IMG/VR virus record: IMGVR_UViG_3300043446_005775
Location: 13,256 to 77,255 of that record
Reading direction: 5' to 3' (one strand)
Source: a virus
Length of the DNA stretch: 64,000 bases
Shown: positions 48,801 through 56,626 of the stretch, in pieces
Numbering within the stretch: the stretch's first letter is position 1
How the letters are laid out: each line of letters opens with the position of its first letter
Program-made: the position numbers and the translations under genes
The notes under the pieces: model-generated
What the model saw: the letters and a program-made list of their open reading frames with translations, nothing else
Database searches by the model: none
What the model was told of the DNA's origin: nothing

Positions 48801-48848
48801 ACCCTTCTGCATTGGGTTGCAACAGTGCAAACTACTGAAGTCATATAA
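45813..48848 (+). CDS. Baseplate central spike (gp5/gpV-like) fused to a fibre and two C-terminal beta domains
   Basis: N-terminal OB-fold-like FAKVVSVNYD...NVPVL...AF......PVCIGF; HxH motif NNHRHTY at ~46800; fibre motifs ARADHSH, ARSDHRH, SRQDHVH, AAGNHTH. Confidence 0.7.
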   Translation: MSVRGISFADSALGGQSALASIGERSPFQDNTPSLIFAKVVSVNYDAHTINCVGLSQQRSKRFDNVPVLSSAFTNKHGTTNLPVISAPAGSTDLEKTRLEDDNSALAAIAFFENTASKPVCIGFVYPSGDGEVLFAEEGLSIDRHNSNVYERLDRKGNWEFVFPDSTFLKIARTDELSEITDLTGKNASGNASDNARRKWQIDYDHDRSIILSHAYGARMTLGQTGLRITTSTLNKNANPDTGEAIKSQNLSWSFQSDGTITSNFTSLSFVTNIGTVFSIDQYGSLFTNSPVSIDNTFVVSGTTNLPYETYVDGKRIDLLISEIAQWYTNNHRHTYTDTYDNGGDTRWTDSTEITSSLTILPSTPATTGAAGETTTGADTGATTTAAAVAGATGAALATGIDPSKIFIGVSSSVGESEFAARADHSHGLDTPQTPTPLSLLVEGLIGQSALAARSDHRHQLLDVAGLKINNSFTQLNTFQAGLSATSPGLTGASRWMGATTSGAPQSGSYKKGDFVVDQTGSFWICTADGSQGTWLQIGGTKYGTSSLSTGAVNLPGTSLFLSRQDHVHSVGAATVGTVAIVNGSVTPEKLSFTAATQADLNAHTSSLHLSIGTTDSTAAAGNHTHTLQSFVVIGGETSMLSASAVTIGGAPLTLRNYASTGSLVISQSGILTLAGTEINLDASSVKINGVSIQNLAGISPGGGTTGIVSSQSASEYTYTLRAITTNDTTSVTLTTNSSSPSSTNMILVTAGEVWSYQVILTANSSAGTSVGRWTANGLIKRGATIASTTLVNDPGIEGFFEPALENCIISISAENTTYGALAIAVTGMASTSIAWTASVKVSGIQTPLASIPTETFGSSGSTTGYGRFTFASGKFVTDGDSQYGVQVLRGSTSDDVPLILTSNGLPVSNQNIPILSSNSSWIFDIKVAANCTGSKAALWAFTGLIRKALTNASTYMVGLIDSKSTSDPDLEDIEITIEANTTYGGINVQVKGIESTLLHWVATVQTTEVI

Positions 48849-48875
48849 AATAGGTATAGTTTAACGGCGAAGGAA

Positions 48876-49532
48876 ATGCGAATGGCATACATAACAACGG
48901 GAAAATCCCAATATGTGCTGACAATTCCGTTCGGGGTTTCACAGAATGTCTTGCCGGGAAGCTCAATTCCTGCAAGATTTGCTGGAGCAACGACAGATGG
49001 CCCTCCCACGATCAATGGGAAATACAATGTCGGCGACTTTGTCATTGACACATCCGGGAAAATTCACATCTGCCATACTGCCGGATCCGCAAGCAGCCCT
49101 GGGTTATGGCACACGATATCCGCCAGTGGCGCATTATCTGCAAATGATTTCGGGAAATTGCAAGCGACAACCACCGATGGAACAACAATTGTGGACATGA
49201 CAAAAGACGGACTTGCAAAATCAAGCGCAAACAGCATTGTCATCCCGGTAAACACCGCTGTCATGGCGAACATCAGCATCATGGCGAATGCATCTGGGGC
49301 CTATGCCGCCATGTGGAAATTCTCAGGCCTTTTTCGCAGGCAAACATCCCTTGGATCTGCCACATTGGTTGGCATATCGCAGAACGAGGTCGTTGCGGAT
49401 CCATATTTCAATTCCTCGTACATCGACATTGATACTGAATCGACATTCGGTTCGATTTCGCTCAAGGTAAAAGGCCCTGACACAAGAAACATCACGTGGT
49501 CATCAACCTTTCAATTGATTGGACTTTCATGA
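48876..49532 (+). CDS. Tail appendage protein sharing two domains with the spike protein
   Basis: RFAGATTDGPP..GKYNVGDFVID.SG...IC...PG.W module plus the repeated C-terminal beta domain; ATAGGTATAGT upstream. Confidence 0.65.
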   Translation: MRMAYITTGKSQYVLTIPFGVSQNVLPGSSIPARFAGATTDGPPTINGKYNVGDFVIDTSGKIHICHTAGSASSPGLWHTISASGALSANDFGKLQATTTDGTTIVDMTKDGLAKSSANSIVIPVNTAVMANISIMANASGAYAAMWKFSGLFRRQTSLGSATLVGISQNEVVADPYFNSSYIDIDTESTFGSISLKVKGPDTRNITWSSTFQLIGLS

Positions 49533-49963
49533 TGGTAATCATATCCGGAACATCAACCGTCATTACCGCGGCTTTATATCATCAGGAAGTTGTTTTGAAG
49601 GGTTCCACTAATGGCACAGCAACTGTTACGCTAACAACAGATGGTTCAGGATCATATGCAAAGGCATTCATACCGGAGCTGGGGAAGAGCATGGTTTGCT
49701 CAATTGGGGTTTGCGCGTCATACAACGGAATCTTCTCCGCATCATGGTATGGAAACGTGACTTTGCGGAAAGGATCCACTCATGGAAGCCTGCAAATATC
49801 TGGATTGCAGATGAGCGAAACAACTTCAGATGCCGAGCTTGTGAGTGCACAAGTATCCTTTGATGTTGATTCGTCAAATGGTGCGCTGATCATCCAATGC
49901 ACCGGGGTAACGAACATGAATCCCCTTAAATGGGTGGCGAGAATAAGCACTGTGGAGGCATAA
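49529..49963 (+). CDS. Single-domain paralogue of the repeated beta domain
   Basis: ATGA overlap with the previous stop; LKGSTNGTATVTLTTDG...ASW...G.L.I...G......WVA. Confidence 0.65.
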   Translation: MMVIISGTSTVITAALYHQEVVLKGSTNGTATVTLTTDGSGSYAKAFIPELGKSMVCSIGVCASYNGIFSASWYGNVTLRKGSTHGSLQISGLQMSETTSDAELVSAQVSFDVDSSNGALIIQCTGVTNMNPLKWVARISTVEA

Positions 49964-49967
49964 AAAA

Positions 49968-52244
49968 ATGGCAGCAGAAATTTTCACAGCGGTAAAGCAA
50001 ACAACATTCAAGGATCAGATCACCGGCGTACTCGCCAAAGGCCTTGTCGTTGGCAAGGCGACTCATGCAACCGAAAACACGGACGCTTCGGCAATGACCA
50101 TCGATGCGTACACTGTTTCGGCGGCACAGTCCGGATATGCACACGGACTCTACGTCACAGGCCCTCTTGCCTCGGCTGCCTCTGCCACCACGATGGCCAA
50201 TGTAATCACCACGTACATCGCTGCTCCGACAAAATCCGGATCAGCATCAATAACCAATGCGTATGCATTGAGACTTGCCGCTCCTTCGGCAGCGGATACA
50301 GAGAATTACTCATTATGGGCAGAGGGAAGCGCAAAGATCGATGGAACATCGATCTTGCTGGGAACAAAGACAAATAGCGTAACCACGGCAACCGTCGGCG
50401 GAGCATACACAGGCAATATCCTCAAGATTGCCAGCACCGCCGGAGGAACCATCAACCTCACAACCGATGTAACCAGCGGAACCGTGAACATTTTTGACAG
50501 CGTGACCGGTACTGCAAATATTGTCAAGGCAGCGACAACCATCAATATCGGATCTATAACTGCTGCATCAACAATGAATTTAGGGGGCGGAAACGCAGTC
50601 GCAGCAACCCTTGTCATCGGTGGCACAGTGACCTCCAATACCCTCAAACTAAGAAGTATTAATAGTGGATCAATCAACCTGACAACGGATGCCACCACTA
50701 CTGATGTCAATATCTTTACTGCCGCAACGGGTATGTTTTCGATTGGCAGTGGTTCCAGCACAATAAACATGGGAGGAGCAGTTGCTAATACGTTTACCCT
50801 AAATCTAGGTAAGGGTAACAAGCCTTCAGCATTATCATTCTTGTCAGCAGGCACAAACACTGTCACGATAGACAGTGGCGCGACAAGTGGCATCATCAGT
50901 CTCTTTACCAGTCCAACCGGATCGGCGAACATCCTGACCGCATCGACCGGGACCATCACCATTGGAGGCAGCGGAAGCACGACTGTCATCGGGGGAAACC
51001 TGACGGTCAATGGAACCGTCACCACGATCAACAGCAACACGCTGACCGTTGATGACAAGAACATCGAGCTTGCCTCTGTCTCGGCGATCACATCATTAAG
51101 CGGAACAGTTACTACAGTTTCTGGAGTAACCACCATCACCTCAACGAACACGGCGGGGATGATTCCCGGAATGGTTGTAACAAGAGTTGGCGGAAGCGCA
51201 ACTCTTTCCGCAAACACTACAATCGTGAGCGTGGATAGTCCAACACAGATCACCATTAGTCCGGCTGCCCAGGGAGACGGATCATTGACAGACTATTCCG
51301 TAGGCGGGGCCACAAACGCGACCGCCGATGGAGCCGGATTTACGGTAAAGGGATCCTCAGACAAGACGCTCAGCTGGATTAATGCAACCGGCGCGTGGAC
51401 ATCAAGCGAGCACTTCAATATCCTGACTGGCAAGACATACAAGATCAACGGAACTGACGCCCTTAGCGCGACTGCCCTGACACTTTTTGATTCGTCTGGA
51501 ACTCCCCAGAAAGCAACAATCAGCCTCCCTGGCTCATTGACCGCAAATAATCAAACAATCACATTGCCCAACGCCACTTCGACGGTGGCAACACTTGAGC
51601 TCACGGAAGCGTTGCAGAACAAGATCCTTGCCGGAGCAGACAAGACGAAGAGCAGGATCCAATTCAGTTTTGATCAAGGAGCGACTTCGACCCAAGTGCT
51701 GACACTTGGATGGATAGGCACCAATGCTCGGTCAATAGCATTTCCTGATGCTAACGGAACACTCCTCACCACCGAAACAGGCCTTGGATTGATTCAGGGA
51801 ACAAGCGGAACCATGGGAGATGCTTCGGTCATGGCCAATACCAGGACCACTTTTGGAAATTACACGTTCCGGGGAAGCACTACAGGCGCAGTTTCGTATG
51901 TCCGCCTCACTGAGACTGGAGCGGCATACTCAAGTGGATATACCGTTGAGATCCCTGTCAAGAGCACGGTGAATGCCAACATCAATATTTCTGCATACAA
52001 TTACTCGGACAGCACATCTGCATCGTGGCAAATAAACGCAACGTTTTCCCGTGGAGCAACAGGGAACGCCATTCTTCTCGGAGATCCGTTGGTTACCGCT
52101 TCTTCCAGCTCTGGAATGGAAGCATGTGCGGTTGACATTGATCCAGCCTCCGACTCGATCAAGATACAAGTGGCTGGCATAGCAAACAAAACCATTTATT
52201 GGGCTGCTGCAGTATCGACGATTCAAATCACGTACATTGCATAA
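49968..52244 (+). CDS. Tail fibre protein (T/S/G/A-rich beta repeats)
   Basis: TINIG-type repeats; GNLTVNGT.TTINS.TLTVDDKNIEL...ATADGAG.T.KG..DKT..W......W.SSE, a pattern common in aquatic phage fibres; ends in the shared beta domain. Confidence 0.75.
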   Translation: MAAEIFTAVKQTTFKDQITGVLAKGLVVGKATHATENTDASAMTIDAYTVSAAQSGYAHGLYVTGPLASAASATTMANVITTYIAAPTKSGSASITNAYALRLAAPSAADTENYSLWAEGSAKIDGTSILLGTKTNSVTTATVGGAYTGNILKIASTAGGTINLTTDVTSGTVNIFDSVTGTANIVKAATTINIGSITAASTMNLGGGNAVAATLVIGGTVTSNTLKLRSINSGSINLTTDATTTDVNIFTAATGMFSIGSGSSTINMGGAVANTFTLNLGKGNKPSALSFLSAGTNTVTIDSGATSGIISLFTSPTGSANILTASTGTITIGGSGSTTVIGGNLTVNGTVTTINSNTLTVDDKNIELASVSAITSLSGTVTTVSGVTTITSTNTAGMIPGMVVTRVGGSATLSANTTIVSVDSPTQITISPAAQGDGSLTDYSVGGATNATADGAGFTVKGSSDKTLSWINATGAWTSSEHFNILTGKTYKINGTDALSATALTLFDSSGTPQKATISLPGSLTANNQTITLPNATSTVATLELTEALQNKILAGADKTKSRIQFSFDQGATSTQVLTLGWIGTNARSIAFPDANGTLLTTETGLGLIQGTSGTMGDASVMANTRTTFGNYTFRGSTTGAVSYVRLTETGAAYSSGYTVEIPVKSTVNANINISAYNYSDSTSASWQINATFSRGATGNAILLGDPLVTASSSSGMEACAVDIDPASDSIKIQVAGIANKTIYWAAAVSTIQITYIA

Positions 52245-52271
52245 CCAGAAGAACCGACTGGAGAATGAACC

Positions 52272-53825
52272 TTGGCAGTATTCACCGCGTCCAATTCTCT
52301 CGATGTAATCGGAAGCCAAATTGTCACGGGCAGCTTGTCAATCGGGCCATCCTTCTCCACGCAGGGATCAGAGGCGCCGTGGGGGTTGGTGATATCGTCA
52401 ACCCCGACCGACAAGGGACTGGCTACCTTTGTCAACGCGGCTAACGGATCATATGTTTCTTCACTCACATTGTCACCGCAGACAGTGATTTTTAATCCGG
52501 GCGCAAACCTGACCATCAGCGAAATGAACATTTCGCAAGTGAGCTCCCTCGTCCTGAAATCGACCACGACAAGTACCGTTGTCTCCAATTCGGCATCGAT
52601 TCAAGTGAATCTTCCTCGTGTGCTGTCATCGGACGATGTTGGATATCTCGGCAAATTAACCGTTACAAACTTATATGGCATACAAATAAAGTCGCAATCA
52701 ACTTCATATGTGACCAATGCCTATGGATTGCATGTTTCAGCGCCTGTGGGTGCGACAAACAACTATGCCTTGTATGTCAATTCCGGCGCATCATATTTTG
52801 GCGGAAACGTTGAAGCCACACAAGGGATCATCGTTCCCTTCGGTGGTACTCCGACTGGAATAGCGGGGAAGACTGTCATTTATGCCAACTCCAGCGGTGC
52901 TCCTGTATACAAAATCGGCACAGGAGCTGAAACGGCATTTGGTTCTGGAGGAGGCGGGACAACAACCAACGCACTGACCATTGGCACAGGGCTGACGGGA
53001 ACAGCATCGACGTTCAACGGCTCCCAGGCAGTAACTGTTTCCCTAAACCTGAACAACGCCAATACATGGGGAGCAGACCAAACATTCAATAATCCCAACG
53101 GCATCACTACGGTATACTATGGATCGTATGGATTCTTGCTGTACAACGTGCAATTTGGCTCCTCAACCATTAATCATTATACGTCTGCTGTGGGCGGGTC
53201 TGTTCCCAAGCATCAGTGGTATTTTGAAGACATTTACGGCGCCGCCGTAACTTCCGCTGCAGCCATGACTGCCACTGGCCTTTCCGTAGGAGGAAACCAC
53301 ACTCCGAGACAAGCCCTAGACATCAAGGGCATATTAAGACTGAATGGCGCGACAGTCAATACCAACTATACGGAATTGAAATCTGCCGCAACTCCATCCT
53401 CGAACATGACCTATACGCTTCCCTCAACGCCTCCCACTACCGGACAGGTTCTTTCGTCTGACTCAAGCGGGACAATGAGCTGGATTGCTGCCGGGAGCGG
53501 AAGTTCCACATACACGAAAACGTGCAATTTTGTCGGCCCGATCAGTGTTCAAAACGGGACAGCGCGATGGTATCCCGATCAGTCCGTGAACATAACGGGT
53601 GTCTATATCAATGCTTCCACTGCGCCAACCTCAGGGCCGTTTTCGATTGCAGTAGAAAAAAATGGCTCGACAATAGCCACGACAAGTCTTTCCGCAGGTT
53701 CCTACGCCTCAAGTGTTTCTGCAATCAATATTTCTTATACTTCAAGTGATTATGTTACAATAGATGTGACTGCTGCCAATGGCGCAGCCGATGTTTCGGT
53801 TATCCTGTTGTATACAAGGGTGTAA
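52272..53825 (+). CDS. Tail fibre/appendage protein
   Basis: TTG start after GGAG; TNALTIGTGL, YTLP...PTTGQVLS.D.SG.MSW fibre motifs; shares the TNAY.L...AP......NY.L motif with the previous gene. Confidence 0.65.
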   Translation: MAVFTASNSLDVIGSQIVTGSLSIGPSFSTQGSEAPWGLVISSTPTDKGLATFVNAANGSYVSSLTLSPQTVIFNPGANLTISEMNISQVSSLVLKSTTTSTVVSNSASIQVNLPRVLSSDDVGYLGKLTVTNLYGIQIKSQSTSYVTNAYGLHVSAPVGATNNYALYVNSGASYFGGNVEATQGIIVPFGGTPTGIAGKTVIYANSSGAPVYKIGTGAETAFGSGGGGTTTNALTIGTGLTGTASTFNGSQAVTVSLNLNNANTWGADQTFNNPNGITTVYYGSYGFLLYNVQFGSSTINHYTSAVGGSVPKHQWYFEDIYGAAVTSAAAMTATGLSVGGNHTPRQALDIKGILRLNGATVNTNYTELKSAATPSSNMTYTLPSTPPTTGQVLSSDSSGTMSWIAAGSGSSTYTKTCNFVGPISVQNGTARWYPDQSVNITGVYINASTAPTSGPFSIAVEKNGSTIATTSLSAGSYASSVSAINISYTSSDYVTIDVTAANGAADVSVILLYTRV

Positions 53826-53828
53826 TGC

Positions 53829-56597
53829 ATGTCAGTAAAAAATAGTCCCTATACCGCCAACAGCATTCGGGTAGTCATCAGCAATGAAGTCACGTACACG
53901 AATATCCTGACACAAATGAATACGGCCATCACGGGACTTGGATGGACCCTGTGGGATTCGGTGGACAACTGGATTCCGGGAAGTCCGATTTTATTTACGG
54001 CCACGATTTCCGGAACCGCAATGACTGTCTCGGCGGTTTCCTCCGGAGCACTTGCCGTAGGACAGACAGTCACGGGATCAGGAGTAACGAGCAACTCGGT
54101 AATCACGGTTGCACCCGCAAGCCAATTGACTGGTTCGTATACCCTGAGCCAGTCCTCAACCGTGGGATCCGCAACGGCCATGTCCGTGGTGTCAAGCAAT
54201 GCGTCTCCGATGTTCCTGCGTGTCTATCGTGCCCTCAACGCGGATGCGGTCACCTACAAGTATTTCATCATCTGGTACGACATTCGCAAGCAGGCGTTCT
54301 GGACAGGAACATGCGAATCTTGGGACGCAACGAATCACGTGGCGACCAATCTTGCGTGGAACAATAACGGATCATTTGTCCAGAATTACGACATCAAGGA
54401 TTCCTTTATCTGGGTCAGCGCCACTGCAAGGCACATCGTGATCTGGCCATTCATCCTCGGAGAACCAGGATTGTGGACTGGGGTATTTGAGTTTGAACGC
54501 ATCGCCCCGGAAGATACGGTGACGAATGCTGCCCCCTGTTGGGCGTGGACAAACTCTGTAATGATTGGAACGCAATTTGCCGACGGTGGCGTGGCGCAGC
54601 ATGTGTCGCCGAGCAAGACCATGTTTGCGTTTCCCCGAACACAAGATGGATTGACAGGTGCGGCGGCAGCGGCAACATACGCGCCCGTCACCAACAGGGG
54701 GTCGTTTCCTCCATCATATCCAAGCGGCACGGTGACGCACGGTGGTGCATCTTTTTGGGGATATATTGGCGGTAATGCTAATGAATCCACTCCGAACGCT
54801 ACTCTTACAGTAGGTGGCATGAACACAGGAACAATTGTCAATGGAATCCTGATTCGTGGTCCCGGAGTTGTGCCGGGAACACGGATTGTTTCCTTTGGAA
54901 CGGGAACAGGGGGAACCGGAACGTACAATGTCAATATTGCTCAGCAGACAGGAAACTTTCAGAGTTCAGCCACTACCGCAGTGACCGCCCCAATGAATTC
55001 CGGGGCAGACCCTCATTTGCTTCATCTTGCATCTGCATATAATATGCAATATGGATGGCCGGGGGCGAAAAGCGACACGGGTTTTCGGTCAAATGATCGA
55101 TCATTTGTTTCTCCAATTTCCGTCGATGCCATCGGCAAGAACATGCCATTTGGCCGCATGTACAACGTTTCGGTGACAAAGCCGATTGGTTCGGCACTGG
55201 AGATCACGCAGACAACTCTTGACAGTTCCGGAGGATGGGCAAGTAGCACAGGCACCTCTGGTGATGCAGTGATCCTTCCAATGAATGGCGGATCAGCATT
55301 TCCGCCATTCTTCAGCGCCTATTCCTCTACCTATCAGTCCCAAATCAACAGGACTCACCACATCAGGATCGCCACTCCATCTACCTTTTTCCGATCTTTT
55401 TTGCTTGGAGACTATATTTACGCATCATGTTATTCTGCCTCCGCAAACGGAGGAATATGGAGAATCAGCGTGTCGCAGGCATTGACTTCAACTGCCTTGA
55501 ATGCACTTTTTACGCCACAATCTTTAATTTCTGCCATATCACCAACGTGGACGCAGGTTTATCAAAATAACAACGGTTTGACAGACATGATTTTTGATGG
55601 AGAAAGAAGCATCTATGCTGTCGCATCATCTGGACAAACTGTGATAAAGATGGACACGGAAACATTGTCTGCTTCTTCTCTTACGATAACAAATGGCAGC
55701 CAACTAATAGAAACATTTTCTATTGATAACAAGTACTTGTATGTTGTGGGGAGACAAAACGCTTCCGCCAATCAGGTCGCTGTTGTGGATCTTTCCACGT
55801 TTACGCAGGCGAGCACGTTCACCACGGCTAATCTTAATGGACTTGGCATGGCTCTGACGTGTGTCATGCCAAATTATTCCGGACACGCATATGCAGTGCA
55901 AATATTTTATCAATCTGCTGGAGGCCCCTCATATGCGTACACATTTGCGTCATCTACTGGGACTGGAATTCCCTTGACAACAAATTCGAATCTTACATAC
56001 GCTAGTATGTCAATTTTTAATATAGGATCTAATTATGGTTTCAACGCTGGATGCCACGCCTTTTACATGGATCCAACGAGTGCTGTACTGTATTACTTGA
56101 AAACTGAAGGGGCAAACTCCGTCACAAATACGGGTATGACAATTAATCGTTGCAGTCCTGCCGTAAATCCCACGGCAATATCAATCACATCGTTTGTAAC
56201 GCCGCCTGCTTACAGTTATGGTCAAAGTATTCCCACAACTCCTGGTACGGGAACAACAATACCTGTCATGTGGTTCCAAGGTTTCATAAAAGGCCGGATG
56301 TATTTCAAATCCGGATCTCCCGGTTTCAATGTGTATTCTCGGGCAATTCTTTCAGATCCCAACAACGCATCACCGGGTGACATTACAATTGGAGCATCTA
56401 TGCTCCATTCGTATACTAATGCCGTTAATATGAGCAACTTTTGGCTAGACTCTTATTATGCACAAAACATGATGACAAATGGCCCGAGAATGTGTGTGAC
56501 CGGCCCTGGGGTCTCACAGATCCATTTAGTAAAAAACATCTACAGCATGCATAGTACCGAAGGCGACGTTGCCTCAAGACTGCTTGTCAAGGCGTAA
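53829..56597 (+). CDS. Virion appendage/adhesin protein with a probable beta-propeller (paralogue A)
   Basis: Core blocks collinear with the next gene (YKYFI..D, SATARH.V.WPFI..EPG.W.GVFEFER, FDG.RSIYA, DNKYLYV, RLL.KA). Confidence 0.65.
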   Translation: MSVKNSPYTANSIRVVISNEVTYTNILTQMNTAITGLGWTLWDSVDNWIPGSPILFTATISGTAMTVSAVSSGALAVGQTVTGSGVTSNSVITVAPASQLTGSYTLSQSSTVGSATAMSVVSSNASPMFLRVYRALNADAVTYKYFIIWYDIRKQAFWTGTCESWDATNHVATNLAWNNNGSFVQNYDIKDSFIWVSATARHIVIWPFILGEPGLWTGVFEFERIAPEDTVTNAAPCWAWTNSVMIGTQFADGGVAQHVSPSKTMFAFPRTQDGLTGAAAAATYAPVTNRGSFPPSYPSGTVTHGGASFWGYIGGNANESTPNATLTVGGMNTGTIVNGILIRGPGVVPGTRIVSFGTGTGGTGTYNVNIAQQTGNFQSSATTAVTAPMNSGADPHLLHLASAYNMQYGWPGAKSDTGFRSNDRSFVSPISVDAIGKNMPFGRMYNVSVTKPIGSALEITQTTLDSSGGWASSTGTSGDAVILPMNGGSAFPPFFSAYSSTYQSQINRTHHIRIATPSTFFRSFLLGDYIYASCYSASANGGIWRISVSQALTSTALNALFTPQSLISAISPTWTQVYQNNNGLTDMIFDGERSIYAVASSGQTVIKMDTETLSASSLTITNGSQLIETFSIDNKYLYVVGRQNASANQVAVVDLSTFTQASTFTTANLNGLGMALTCVMPNYSGHAYAVQIFYQSAGGPSYAYTFASSTGTGIPLTTNSNLTYASMSIFNIGSNYGFNAGCHAFYMDPTSAVLYYLKTEGANSVTNTGMTINRCSPAVNPTAISITSFVTPPAYSYGQSIPTTPGTGTTIPVMWFQGFIKGRMYFKSGSPGFNVYSRAILSDPNNASPGDITIGASMLHSYTNAVNMSNFWLDSYYAQNMMTNGPRMCVTGPGVSQIHLVKNIYSMHSTEGDVASRLLVKA

Positions 56598-56626
56598 AAA
56601 TTGTATACTGAACAAGGGAGAGAAAA

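Noticed and set aside
34514-48848. Bacterial contractile injection system (eCIS, tailocin or T6SS) rather than a phage
   Set aside because: Two tube genes and a VgrG3-like domain suggest it, but the linked capsid, scaffold, protease and neck genes indicate a complete phage virion.
50306-51256. 316-aa minus-strand ORF
   Set aside because: It is the shadow of the T/G/N-rich fibre gene.
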